A DNA stretch of 63,812 nucleotides, filler included, from Hausera hauseri (taxonomy: Eukaryota), in NCBI GenBank assembly GCA_046269625.1. It is 11 parts of 11 records of this genome, joined end to end, with 100 filler letters (N's around TTAATTAATTAA, not from the genome) between each part and the next. Parts side by side here need not be neighbours in the genome. Positions count along the whole stretch, not along the records: positions 32,486 to 38,457 come from JBJURY010159866.1; positions 38,558 to 43,804 come from JBJURY010299833.1; positions 43,905 to 50,818 come from JBJURY010052330.1; 8 more parts are not named here. One strand, given 5' to 3'. Numbering within the stretch: the first letter of the stretch is position 1; every line of letters starts with the position of its first letter. The notes below the pieces were generated by a model. It saw nothing but the letters and a program-made list of their open reading frames with translations. It was not told the origin of the DNA and made no database searches. Shown piece by piece: positions 36,030 through 48,769 of this stretch. A program made the position numbers and the translations under genes.

Positions 36030-38057
36030 ATGACGCTGATACCTCCTGGAAGCATTTATTCTCTATTTTTTACTACGCTAACTCTGATCTTGTTAGCCGC
36101 GTCTGCTGCTGTCTTGCCTGATATTCATACTCATGGAAGTGCTGGAGGTGATAAAATACTTGAACACCGTTGCATTCATGACGAGGTGCAACGACAAACG
36201 TTGAAGCTGCACCCATTGTCTACCCCAAATCGAACCGATATTGTCAATGGGACGAAAAGGTCTTACTGGCCTGTACTGCTCACAACTCATAAGAAGACCA
36301 GAGTAGTGGATAATCAAACGGCTAAAATGTCCATGTTGATTGAAGAGCATGAACATTATACTACACTCATGGTACCACAAGACTACAAAGAAAAAAATGA
36401 ATTGTCGTCTGGTTCGTATGCCCCTATGAGGTTTGTATTTCTACATGACAATTTATATAACTCGAAATATTGTACAAACGAGTCCGGGAGCGCGACGTAC
36501 TTCGTGGGAGGAGAGGCTAAAAAGTGCGTCGATTACTACGTTTTCACCGACGCAAAACGTGACAATCTAATAAACCGTGTGCTTCCTGGTCTAGCTAGCT
36601 TCTTGTCTAATGCCCTAAGAGTACGACCTGTTGCTACTAATGTTGTTGTACCCAGCAACAACCCGTGTGGAACGGATTACACGACGCGCCCAGAAGACAC
36701 ATCACCAGGTGTACCCAATGCAGACTTTGTAATATATGTGACAGCTGCGCCTACCAGGGGTGCAGTTGCATGGGCGTCTTATTGTGCATTGGACAACAAT
36801 GGACGTCCTATAATTGGTCGGATTAATTTCTCACCTACTTGGTTGGGATTTCCAGCAAATGACAAGCGAGAGCTAGACTCAATGATTCGAGTTGGTGCGC
36901 ACGAGCTGATTCATGCGCTAGGCTTCACGTGGGGTTACATGGCATCCAAGTATTTTGGGCCGCCAAGATCCCCTTATCTGCAGTCGAGGCGACGAGGGAA
37001 AGAAGTGTGGCTTTTCACTGGGCCAAACGCACTGGCTCAGGCTCGTACATTTTACAACTGCTCGACGTTGGACGGTATTGAATTGGAGGACGAAGGAGGA
37101 GCTGGCACTGCCTGGCACCATTGGGAAAGAAGAGATCATTTGGAAGACATTATGGCTGGAATTACTGGGGTGAAAAAGTCTCTTAGCAGTCAAACGTTGG
37201 GATTTCTAGCCGATTCTGGAAAGTACCAAGTAAATTACGATGCTGCGGAACCAATAGCATGGGGTTATCAAGCTGGTTGCGGTTTCCTACTACAGCCATG
37301 TAATACTACTGCTGGGGGTGCTGGTGAGCTGTTTTGTTTTGATGCTTCAGGTACTATTACAAGCTGTACATATGACAGGAATTCCTTTGGTACTTGTGAG
37401 ACTGGTATTTGGGATGATCCGATTCCTATCTGGGGACAATATTTTCCTGGACAACCAAAGTTAGGTGGTAATTCGTATTTTATGGACTATTGTCCACTGG
37501 TTGGTGGTTACTCTAGCGCGTTGTGTTCTGATGCGAGTAGAGCAACTACTAATGTAGTCTCAGCTCAGTATTTTGGCGATGGTGGTCGTTGTCTTGTGAC
37601 TTCCGCTGGTCTCATTAAAAAGAATAATGCATATGGCGGTAAAAACCCTGGCCCTGCACGTTGTATGAAAGTTCGTTGTACCGGTTCTATGGTTGAGTTT
37701 AGGATCGGTTCGAATCCGACCTGGATCAGCTGTCCTGCTGATGGCTCAGAGAAAATAATGGACATGTCCCCTTATGGCTACAGAGGTACGGTTACATGCC
37801 CCAAGTCATATCTTCTGTGTCCGTTGTCAACTGCCACCACCGTTAGCACAAATACGTCAACAAAAAATTCAACAACGAACTCAACAACAAATTCAACAAC
37901 AACATCAACAACAAACTCAACAACAAATTCAACAACAACAACATCAACGACGTCAACAACTCCGTCAGGAGCGAGCGCCATCGGTACTTTTCACGACATA
38001 ATTATACGCGGCGCAATTGGTTGTTTCATTATTATTCTGGTCATCATTATTGGATAA
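36030..38057 (+). CDS. GP63: GP63 / leishmanolysin (peptidase M8) surface metalloprotease, kinetoplastid type
   Basis: Signal peptide, HRCIHD propeptide, ADFVIYV, HELIHALGF, LEDEGGAGT..HWERR, DIMAG Met-turn, Cys-rich C domains, Thr/Asn stalk, hydrophobic GPI-like tail; no introns; polypyrimidine-AG upstream. Confidence 0.95.
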   Translation: MTLIPPGSIYSLFFTTLTLILLAASAAVLPDIHTHGSAGGDKILEHRCIHDEVQRQTLKLHPLSTPNRTDIVNGTKRSYWPVLLTTHKKTRVVDNQTAKMSMLIEEHEHYTTLMVPQDYKEKNELSSGSYAPMRFVFLHDNLYNSKYCTNESGSATYFVGGEAKKCVDYYVFTDAKRDNLINRVLPGLASFLSNALRVRPVATNVVVPSNNPCGTDYTTRPEDTSPGVPNADFVIYVTAAPTRGAVAWASYCALDNNGRPIIGRINFSPTWLGFPANDKRELDSMIRVGAHELIHALGFTWGYMASKYFGPPRSPYLQSRRRGKEVWLFTGPNALAQARTFYNCSTLDGIELEDEGGAGTAWHHWERRDHLEDIMAGITGVKKSLSSQTLGFLADSGKYQVNYDAAEPIAWGYQAGCGFLLQPCNTTAGGAGELFCFDASGTITSCTYDRNSFGTCETGIWDDPIPIWGQYFPGQPKLGGNSYFMDYCPLVGGYSSALCSDASRATTNVVSAQYFGDGGRCLVTSAGLIKKNNAYGGKNPGPARCMKVRCTGSMVEFRIGSNPTWISCPADGSEKIMDMSPYGYRGTVTCPKSYLLCPLSTATTVSTNTSTKNSTTNSTTNSTTTSTTNSTTNSTTTTSTTSTTPSGASAIGTFHDIIIRGAIGCFIIILVIIIG

Positions 38058-38457
38058 CATTGAATTGATTTTCCCCATTTTATCCTTGAGGTAACGGCTG
38101 ATTATCTGTATACACGTTTCTTTATGAATTGCCTGAATTTGTTTTCCACATTATCATGTCATGGGCACAGTACATTTCTAGAATGGTGCGTCCGTATCTA
38201 TTTTCATTTTGTCACGTTTTCTGACGCCCAGCTGAAAAAATATCTATTTTTTTTTTTATAAATTGAACTACACGTATTTGCTGAACACTTTAATCCATCA
38301 TCACTACTTACACACTTCACATATCGTTTACACGTCATTGACACTGCTTCCAGTTATAAACGTACTTGCTGAACCTTTTTTTTTTTTTTCTGATTAGTTC
38401 TTTAGGAAGGTGGTGCTGAACACTTGTTTTTCCTTTTCTGTTTCAGAATACTTATTC

Positions 38458-38557
38458 NNNNNNNNNNNNNNNNNNNNNNNNNNNNNNNNNNNNNNNNNNN
38501 NTTAATTAATTAANNNNNNNNNNNNNNNNNNNNNNNNNNNNNNNNNNNNNNNNNNNN
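38458..38557. other. Artificial contig linker
   Basis: 44N-TTAATTAATTAA-44N. Confidence 0.99.
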
Positions 38558-38559
38558 TG

Positions 38560-39060
38560 TCTGTCTTCTTTATTGACTTGGAGGGATTTGTGGATAATAA
38601 TAGTGGATACATCATAAAGGAGCTATGTATAATGCCAGTGGATAATGTTTCAGCCACTACATTACGTATTTGCGTAAGTGAATTTTAGTATAGTACGTGT
38701 GATTTATGCTATTTGTTTAGACCTACACTCTATTCTTGTACGAGCAAGGCTCAAGCAACAAATGCTTATTTGATAATCCATTATCACAAACTGACTTGGG
38801 AAGAATATAATATCCAGTTTTACAGAGATTGCTTTATGCGAAATATTGGGAATGTGATATAAATGAATCCATGTTCTATGTCAAAGATCATGCTGATGGG
38901 CGAAAGAAGATATTTGATTGCGCATTTCCAGAATTGCGAATATGTGCATATGAATGTAACAAATTGGTAGCTATACCAAAGAACATTACATGTATTTATC
39001 GTGAACGTGGTTCACATTGTGCATATAAAAGTGTTTAGTGTTATGTCAAAGTTATATTGT
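38560..39060 (+). pseudogene. Small Polinton-associated DEDD-like exonuclease-fold protein, convergent with pPolB
   Basis: FIDLEGF...YIIKELCI...YLFRP...TNAYL..HYHKLTWEE, then C...H...SHCA at the end; stops and frameshift. Confidence 0.5.
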
Positions 39061-39212
39061 TACTAAATAAATGTGTTATGAAATTATTTCATCTTATCCT
39101 ATATAGTAGTTACTTAGTTTTACTTGGTCTTATATCCCACATAACTTGATCAAGAAGACAACACGATATTTCTATACAACATTTATGTAACAGAATATCT
39201 ATATGTACATAG

Positions 39213-42200
39213 TTACAATAATGTCACATGTTTATGAGGTAGTGTCTGAATTCCGTCTTGAACAATGTGCCTCTTGTCATCGAACTAATCGAGACTTTAT
39301 TTCCGCATCGCAGCTGTGGCAATCGAATGTTCCCAGGACTGGATCCTCTTCATCTCGCTGACGATGTCAGTTTGTTCCCTCAACACTCAAAATCTACAAA
39401 GCCTATATCTTTATCTAACGTGGACCTTTGAACTCCCTTATCCCGCTTCTTTACCAAACCACTTACGTCGATGGCGTACATTTTTGATTTCAACACAACG
39501 AAACGGGTGATGATCTTCCCATTCACCTCGTCTTTAAACTTCCCGAGGACCTTGTTGACGGTTGAGTAATTTGCATGATCCTGCGGATAGTCCGAGGTAT
39601 TCATATACTGCGCCAATTTTGCATGCTTTTTAAAGACATCATCTGTGTAGATCTGGTATATGAAACTGTCCGTGTCTATGTACATTAGCTGGAGCTCCTT
39701 GAATGTGGGGACCATGATTTAATGAAAGTCATACATCAAGGTCTTGGATAGATCCAATATGGATATGCCCACATATATAGGCTTGTTGAACTCAAGTGAT
39801 GTCTTGAGCATATGGATGCTCACCACGTTCTCTGTGTAGATTGTGCTGCTGTGGAAGCTGGGCTTAGTGATGAGTTTCTTTGCCCTCTTCCAGTCACATA
39901 GCAGCTTAATGTTTATCCCGTTCCGGATATTTTCCATAGTTTTGCCAAAGACCGGGTTGTTGTAAAGTTTGAATTGGTCCTTTTCAAACTCGTTCTTGGC
40001 ATTGGCCCTCAACTGGGTATTGAGGTCTATGTAGGGCTGCAGCCATATTGACTGGCTGAACTGCAGGGCCCGATAAATCCTGATGACTCCGAGTCCATAT
40101 GGGATGGCCTGTTGGAGATTTATGTAGTGGACAACATACCTCTCCCTGTTTTCGACGTGACAGAGCAGCTTCTTGTGCTTTCCATGGGGCGAAGGCCTGC
40201 TCTCCGGCAGAAATGGCAGCTGGTCATACCTTCTGTGGATGATATGTAGGTATTCCACATCCACCTCCATTATATAGCCCGTATCTCCAGTGGGATGTAG
40301 GTCCAATATTGGGATGTCTTCAGGATTCTCGACCCATTTAAAGTTATCATGGGGTAATGGGTTGCTCATTGCCCATCCATAAAAGTTGTTGGCATCCAGA
40401 TATGATATATGAGGATTCCTTTGATGGATCATAATCTGCCATGTATTTGTTGTTGGCCTCACTGTACTTGTGAATGGCCTGGCATATTCTACCCCTGATG
40501 CCTCTCTCTACCATAGGGACCATATTGTAATCCTTCAATATCTGGTGCATTATGCCGGTATAGCGCAGCATCGCCGCCCAGCTCATTCCTAGAGCTGTAA
40601 AGAAATGGGCTAAATCTAACTTGTGGCTCTTAAGGGTTACATCACGGAAGCTTTCAAAGACATCTGTATGCAGCAGCACATCTGTGAGGAGATAGATATT
40701 ACTGTATTCCCCTATTGTCATGCACTTGGAGGTTTGCCATACTCTTTGAGCATTCTCATAGCCAGCATCGCTAACATAACTGGATGACAACTGACTATAA
40801 AAGTCCTCCTTGACCGGTAATGCTTTTTTATTCAGTGTTTCCCATAAGGTTATATAGTCATAGAGGAACACGTCTTTCCTCTTGACGAGGTCCAATGCAG
40901 TGGTGAAGAACCGCTTCGTCTCCTTGAGTTCTTCTGCTGGAAGGTTCTTCACTAAACTATCCAGTGACGAGCTCATGAAGCAGAAGATGTCTATGAATCG
41001 GAGCCTGATGCAGCCCATATGCTTAGTGAAGGTGATATATTTTTCCTCACTGTTTGGAATGACATCGATATTCCCCTCAATATTACCCAGTTCCCGAACA
41101 ATGAAGTGGCAATCATAACCACTGAGATTGTGGAACACTACAGGCACATATGTGCATGTTTTGCAACGTAGATTGAAGTTGTTGCCTGCCGCACCTCGAT
41201 ATTTGCCTGTAAAATGGCAATGATCCCTGACTTTACAATTATCCTTGGTGAAGGACTTGTAGCACAAGTAACATGTGGTTGCCTTGCGCCATTTATCTTC
41301 TTGCTGTTTCGACATGCTCATTGTATCTATATGCTGCTGAAGCATGTTTTCAAGCCTATGAGCCATGTCTTCTAATCTCTTCATAAAATGTGCTGCTGCG
41401 TCTGGCCGTCTAAATAGAAATGGTTCACTGTCCAGTCCTTTGGCATGCATACAATATGATGGGAGTTCATGATGTTGGTATTCCGTTGTGCTGCTATCTT
41501 GAGGATTAGGGCTGCAGCTGTGAACTGGGTTGAGGATGGCCTGAAAATCACAATAGACGACAATCGGCACCTTCTGCATCTTCTCGAACTCCTTGAATTC
41601 CAGGTAATCCTCCTGGGAGAATTCTGCTAGGATGCAATAGTTTGTATTACAGTAGGTTTTGTGCTCTACCAGCTTTTCTGCGGCTGTCGCCCCATTAAAA
41701 TGGGTAAAGCAACTCTTGTATATTTCCTGCCTTGATTTATGTTTGGATATTTGGGATTCTACGAAACGCTCAAAATTCTTGATCCAGATGAAGTGCCTGG
41801 TTTCTCAATCATCTGGCAGGAGTAGATCTCTATGATCCTCCACTTCCTCCTTGCAGACATGTAATAGATAAAATTTGTCGTCCCCCAATCCGACGATGTT
41901 AATGGAGATGTTGTTCACGTTTTCAAATTTCACGACTACATCTAGGCTCGGCGGGAATGAAATACAGCTGAAGTCGTATGTGTACCGCACTTTGTCATAT
42001 ATCCAAACTAGGGAAGCATTAAGTTGGTCTTGGACTAGTTTTGATAAAATGGCATAGATGAAACACATGTTGCCATTATTATGGACATTGACACATGCCT
42101 TTTTCTTAACTATCAATTCAGGAAGCGGTATGTAGGACCTGGCTGTCATGGGAGAATACTTGTGCACATGCACAAGTAACCCCTTTATTGTTGCTAAAGT

Positions 42201-43190
42201 CCAACCGCTCTTCTTTTCCTGGCTTTCTTCGGCTTCACAAATGAGACTTTCATAGTCCTCTGTAATGAAATCCTTAATGTTAAAGGATTTCTATAGTGTC
42301 CAGTTTTTGTCTTGAAGGCTCTACTAAACAGCTGCCCTTTGACATTGGTAAAGGTGGCTTCCAATTTGAAGTTCAACGTAAGGGCCTTAAGCTCCAACAA
42401 GTTGTCCTAAAGAATTCCTGCTGCCTTCTCACTTGAATATTCCAGGAAATCATGCAGCGATGTCTGCCCCACTGCTGCTTTGTAGTATTGGCAAACTTTG
42501 CTCTTCAGTGCAGCTGCATCAACTGGCCGCTGTCTTCGGCTTTCTGATGGAGCATCTTCTGCTACTCCTGATAGGCGCTTTTGGTCCTGCATCAGGCCTT
42601 GCTGCTAAACAGGCTGTATAACTGGCTGTGCTGCCAAAGCAGGCTGTGCTGCCAAAGCAAAATGTTGTTCATTAAATATGACCTTCTTTGGCATTAAATT
42701 AAAGTCTGTCAAATGGGCAATATGGTCTTTGTAAAACTGAATGTATTCTCCATCACATACAGCCTCACATCCAGGGCAAATATAATAGAGGACTTTATTG
42801 AATTTGTATCCATAATAGCTGATCATGACATTGAGGCAATTCTGAGGGTTGTGCATTGTCCATGTGCAATACACATATGAGCTGCATCTTTGATTTTCCT
42901 TTGGCATGAAAGTCGTTATTGGCATATGTTGGTAAATATTTGTTTTTTCGACTTGGTAAAGGAAATCAGGTGCTGTTTATGGACATTGTAAAAGTCTTCA
43001 TAATTGGTTTGGTACACTATCTCACATGTAGGCATATATAATACTGAACCATGTTGTACATATGGCTAAAGTACTTCTTCGTAACACTGGCAATTTTCCG
43101 GCTCGTGGATTTGAGCCAAACATTCGCTCTAAAGTTTGCACATCTAAAATCAACCAACTATTTGAGGTGCACAATTAAAAAACTCACCAT
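39213..43190 (-). pseudogene. Polinton pPolB, essentially full length but disrupted
   Basis: NNGNMC, DHCHFTGKYRG, FHNLSGYD, DANNFYGWAM, KLYNNPVFGKTMEN, YIDTDSF, KMY, KGV, DKR motifs in order. Confidence 0.95.
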
Positions 43191-43804
43191 TCCTTGAGGT
43201 GATTTTGGAAATAATGAACAATATTACCATATCACCATGTACTGCCTCGCTTATTGATTAGTTTTAATGCACTTTTGTTTTAATGCATCAATTAAATTAA
43301 ATACCTGGCGGTGCCATGAGAAATCAAATGGCATCATTAGATTCTTCGAATAATGCATGCTTGATCGAATATTCGAGTTAGAATAGCTAAGTATTCGACT
43401 TGTAATCTCGAATTCGAATATCTGGTGCCATATTCCAGTTCAACATACATGACTTCTTATCCCGCCCCGCTATTACATTTATTGATTTCCGCTTTACTGG
43501 GCTTTAAATACACATTTTGCTTCATTCAAAATATTGATTTTGTATCGATATAGATCATTTTCATGCAATAGCTTTAATGCATATGGGGGTGTTCATATAT
43601 CAGGAATCGATTATCGCTGTTAGGCTTTTCGAATAGTTCGAACTTCGATATTTGAGCTCGAAATTATTCGATTTTCGAATATCTGACTTGAGATTCGAGA
43701 TAGCCATACTCGACTTCCTATCTATCCCCGCTAATTATAACATCGAATTTTGAGTGCTAGGGGCAAATAAAACGTATGGGAAGTCTGCATCAGTTGCACT
43801 TTGT

Positions 43805-43904
43805 NNNNNNNNNNNNNNNNNNNNNNNNNNNNNNNNNNNNNNNNNNNNTTAATTAATTAANNNNNNNNNNNNNNNNNNNNNNNNNNNNNNNNNNNNNNNN
43901 NNNN
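43805..43904. other. Artificial contig linker
   Basis: 44N-TTAATTAATTAA-44N. Confidence 0.99.
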
Positions 43905-44925
43905 ATGAGTATAAATATGTTAAAATCGCTTTCGAAAAATGGTGAAATATAGAATTTCTCATTTTAGGCTCTTATTAAAAGATGTTTTGTGTCGTAACCA
44001 TGAAACTGTGTGTCTGCATGCAAATTAGTTAGTTTTGTCATGAGTTTTGTGTGTTTCTATAATATAAGTATGTTATTCATTTAAGTTTTGGTAATTTTTT
44101 GTAAATTTTTTTTGTTAGATATTTTCGTTTTTTTTTGCAATTTTTTATAAAAACATTTATTTAGCTTTTATATTATATTTATAACATTTATTTACTTAAA
44201 TTTCTTTTCACATTACCAATGCCAGCATCAAGGTATGTTATTAATTTTCAACGGGTGTATATCTTAGTCATTTTTTTTGGTAATTCAGTTGTTAATTCTA
44301 TTTCCCTAACAATGTTTATTTTTCATCATTGTTGAGAAAGAAGACATTTGAGGTCTTTGGAATTCTTTATGCCAATACAGCAGACTAATCATTTCAATAA
44401 TTAAAATATAAAAATTATTACAGGAATTGTGGAATTATTTGAATGTCTTTGGTGTGAAATGCTAAATGAATGTCTAAAATTTACTCCATTCTCATATTCT
44501 GAATACGATTTTTTTAAATACATTTTCGTACGACCTGAAACAATCTGGGTCTCTACTTTTTCATAAAATAAAAATATCGGTCAATGAGTTATGATTGACA
44601 ATTTTACCACATTTTAATTCTGTTTATTGTTATAGTGCGATGTTTACATAATCCACAGAAACTGTAACAGTTTAAAAAAAATAATAAAATCAATATAATC
44701 CCACTAAGACTAGAAGAGTCCGTTAATGTTGAAAAATGCTTTGTGAGTATATAACGACAGAAATACAATTAAATATTTGGAAACAAAATGAGAAAAATTA
44801 TAGATACATCTGACTATAGATATTCGATTTCCGCTAAAAACCAAGAAATGTCCTTAAAAGTCTTCCGTATAATTTAGAGAAAAGTATAAAAAATGAGTAA
44901 ATAAATCAAAGTAATATTTATATTG

Positions 44926-45600
44926 TTAAAAGTCGAGATCATCATCAGGATCATCCATGTCCTCGTCAGCAGTGTATGTAATTGCCCCACCAAACTACTT
45001 CTGGCTTTTATTCATTCGGCTTCAGTTCAAAATTAAATGTTGAAGCAGGTTGAACCGCCGGTTCGTTTGTCTCGATAATTCCTTGCTTCTTTACGTCCAC
45101 TGCAGAAACTGATAAAATATCATTGTCATTGAGATTTATCTTCGCCTTTTCTTTCTCAATTTGATGTTAAATTGACAAATAAAATCTGCTTTATCGTTTG
45201 AGATGCGATTTACATCCAACAATTTTAATGAAGCAGAAGCGTAACGATTAAATATGGTAGCATCTTCCTCACTGAAGCACTCTTCATGACCAAGTATAAA
45301 TATAGAAAAAACTGAAGGGTGCAACTGCAACTTATGCAGTAAATATAAAACTGAATTTGTCGAAGAATTAAGAATAATTTCACTGAGATCTTCGATAAAA
45401 ATATTTACTTTCGAGAAACTATCAAATCGATTTGGAGATAATTCATTAAAATTGATAAACTCAACATTACAGTTGAAATTCTGCTTAATCGTTGTCACCA
45501 ATAAAATAAATGTTACGACTGTATTTCTGAGCACTTTGATAAAATAGAACGAAACAAACATGAACCAGTTATATCCCAAGAATCATATACAAAAGTCAAT
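44926..45600 (-). pseudogene. ELP5: Elongator subunit 5-like gene, 3' part, damaged
   Basis: C-terminus PASTFNFELKPNE/KARSSL..ITYTADEDMDDPDDDLDF* matches the ELP5 tail; it has a frameshift and lacks the usual LPY stretch; 5' end not located. Confidence 0.6.
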
Positions 45601-46153
45601 TTATATGATTCAATCCCATTTAATAAGTTTTTAACTGAAATAATATTCATTTGAAAGCGTATTCACAAAAGCGACTTTTTGAAATGCAGCATTAATATTT
45701 AAACAAATTAAAATGGCAAATTGAAATAATTCCGCACTTTACATGAAAACATTGGCATGTAAATGTTATCCCCATAACTTTGTAAAAATATTGCCAAATT
45801 TTTCACATACAGAATTCTTTTCCAAAATTTTAATTTGTCTTATTCAAATGGTTTTTTCTGAACACAATAATGAATTGAAAAACAAAAAATTATCATAAAA
45901 TTTAACAGACATTTGCCAAGTGCAATTTAACTTTTTTGCTGTCGTTTTATCATTTGGATTCGTCACGAGATGGAATGCTCTCTGCATTTTGATCTTGAAT
46001 GATGATCTTCTTGAATGATTTTTATGGACTAAAATATATTTAAAAATTTGTTATTGTTTAATTTTTGTTTGATGCGTTGCATTTTTTGAAGAAATCTGTT
46101 TAATATAATGTTTTGTTTAAATATATCAATAATTTAAAATTTTCATATTGCAT

Positions 46154-46911
<758 letters not shown>

Positions 46912-47427
46912 TTAAATAAATGGTTTTATGCGTTTTTAGTTTTGCTGATATTGAATTTTTGCCGTTTTTGTATTTCAATGTGACCGACACATGGGAAACT
47001 ATAATACTTTGTAAGCCACAAGAAAATTCTTCAACTCCATTGGATTTCGTCTATTTGGAACGTGTGTCGACTAGACACGTTTGTTTATAAACGTTAAGAA
47101 ATCATATATCAAATATTAAGAAGGCGAGAAAAAAAACGGAAATGGCAAAATTTCTCAACGTTGTTGGGGTGGGAGAACTGAAAAAGTGCTCAAAATTTCC
47201 AATTTCGTTTTTTGCTTTCTTAGCAGATGCTATTAATCACCTTAAGATTTAAAGTATCTATTTAAATTCAAAAAAAAGTCCGTCCAAACCTAATATTTAA
47301 TTCCGGATTTATTCGATCGTAAATTCCTCAGTATATAGTTTTTATCCGATTTTGTTGTAAAACTGAATTCTGCACACACTGCTTGTTTCAATTTGTTTTT
47401 TAATGTTTTTACACTTTTGAGAATACG

Positions 47428-48110
47428 ATGATACTATATTGCTTGAGAATACGGAAACTTTTAATTGCACCGTTGATATTTATTTTATTGCTCGTTATTC
47501 TAAAAACGTATTTTGATACTGTTATAATTGACAATTACAACGAACAATCCTTTAAACTATGGAAAGAGAAATTCCATGAAACAAATTTCATTGATAATGG
47601 TATTTTCGATTTCTGTTATATGTTCATTGAAATATTCACAGGACAATTGGAAAGTAACGTAGATTTTAATCGCTCTACAATGTATTCGAGACCGGTAACT
47701 TGAAAAATGATATTCAGTTTATTTATTAGTAGCATCCATTTCATGATGACACGGAATGGAAATTAGAATTGGAAAGACGAAAATGGTTTGATACAATTTA
47801 CCGAATAAAACATGAAAGCATTAACACAACCAAAGAAAGAAGTGTGTTTTCATACAGACATAATACATTTATGAAGTACCGACCGGTTGTGTCTACATGG
47901 CAGGAATATATATTTGATGCGAAATCCAAACCACATATTATACGTGTATTAAAGTATTCTTTAATTAGTTTGATTAATGGTTTGATTTCGTTTAGTTACA
48001 ATCCGAAAGATCTGTTTCCGGAAGTTGCAAATGGTTTCATTGGAATTCAAGGATTTAATGACGAAATTCAGATACAATCGGTATTTTCCCGTAGTGGAAT
48101 GATGTCACAT
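47428..48110 (+). CDS. Unidentified type II membrane protein with short introns (possibly truncated)
   Basis: N-terminal anchor LLIAPLIFILLLVIL; GT-AG introns at 47600-47641, 47695-47732 and about 47946-47995 link the ORFs. Confidence 0.5.
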
Positions 48111-48577
48111 CTGTCAGATGTTTTATGCATTGATTATTATTATTATTTGTGTTTATTTTATGAGTGTATTACGTTTATGTATTTTTGATAAATTAGTAAT
48201 ATTTTATATTCATGATGTCACTAAAATTATTGATATTGCATAACGATTGAGCACTTGTTCAATATTACTGAACTTTTGAGTTTCATTTAGTTGACAGAAG
48301 AACAATAATACAATCGCTAGTGATTGAATTGAAATTTTCGGATTATTTACGTAATTATTTAAAAGACTAAATCCGACCCTTACACGACACATTTCACAAA
48401 TAAGAATAAAATAATAAATACAATATTATAGTAATAATTAATGCACACTTTCTTTGTGAACAGAAAATAGCTAAATTTATTGATCATTAACTAGAATTAA
48501 AAGTAAAGGTGACTTGTTGAGCCTAGATTCTCGTTGTGGAACTCCTGACTTTTATAGATTTTTGTTTTAGTATATAC

Positions 48578-48769
48578 CAGTGATTCCCAACCTGTTTTCC
48601 GCGGAAAACTGGTGTTCCGTAACTGCTTCGGAAGTGTTCCGCGAAAATTGTAAGTAATTTTAATACGCATTTTAAATATTAAAAAGGGAAAGAACAACAA
48701 AGCTAGAAGACGAAATGGGGATAGCGTTGTCTTTCACACGACCTAACAGAAGAAATATGCATGAAACAT
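48578..48769 (+). mobile_element. hAT (Charlie/Buster-like) left end, interrupted by the Polinton
   Basis: CAGTGATTCCCAACCT terminal motif preceded by the 8-mer GTATATAC with central TA. Confidence 0.55.

Noticed and set aside
38674-38720. 47-nt GT-AG intron in a Polinton gene
   Set aside because: Splicing needs an extra frameshift, while the unspliced frame is continuous with one stop and also gives a plausible YLFRP motif; unresolved
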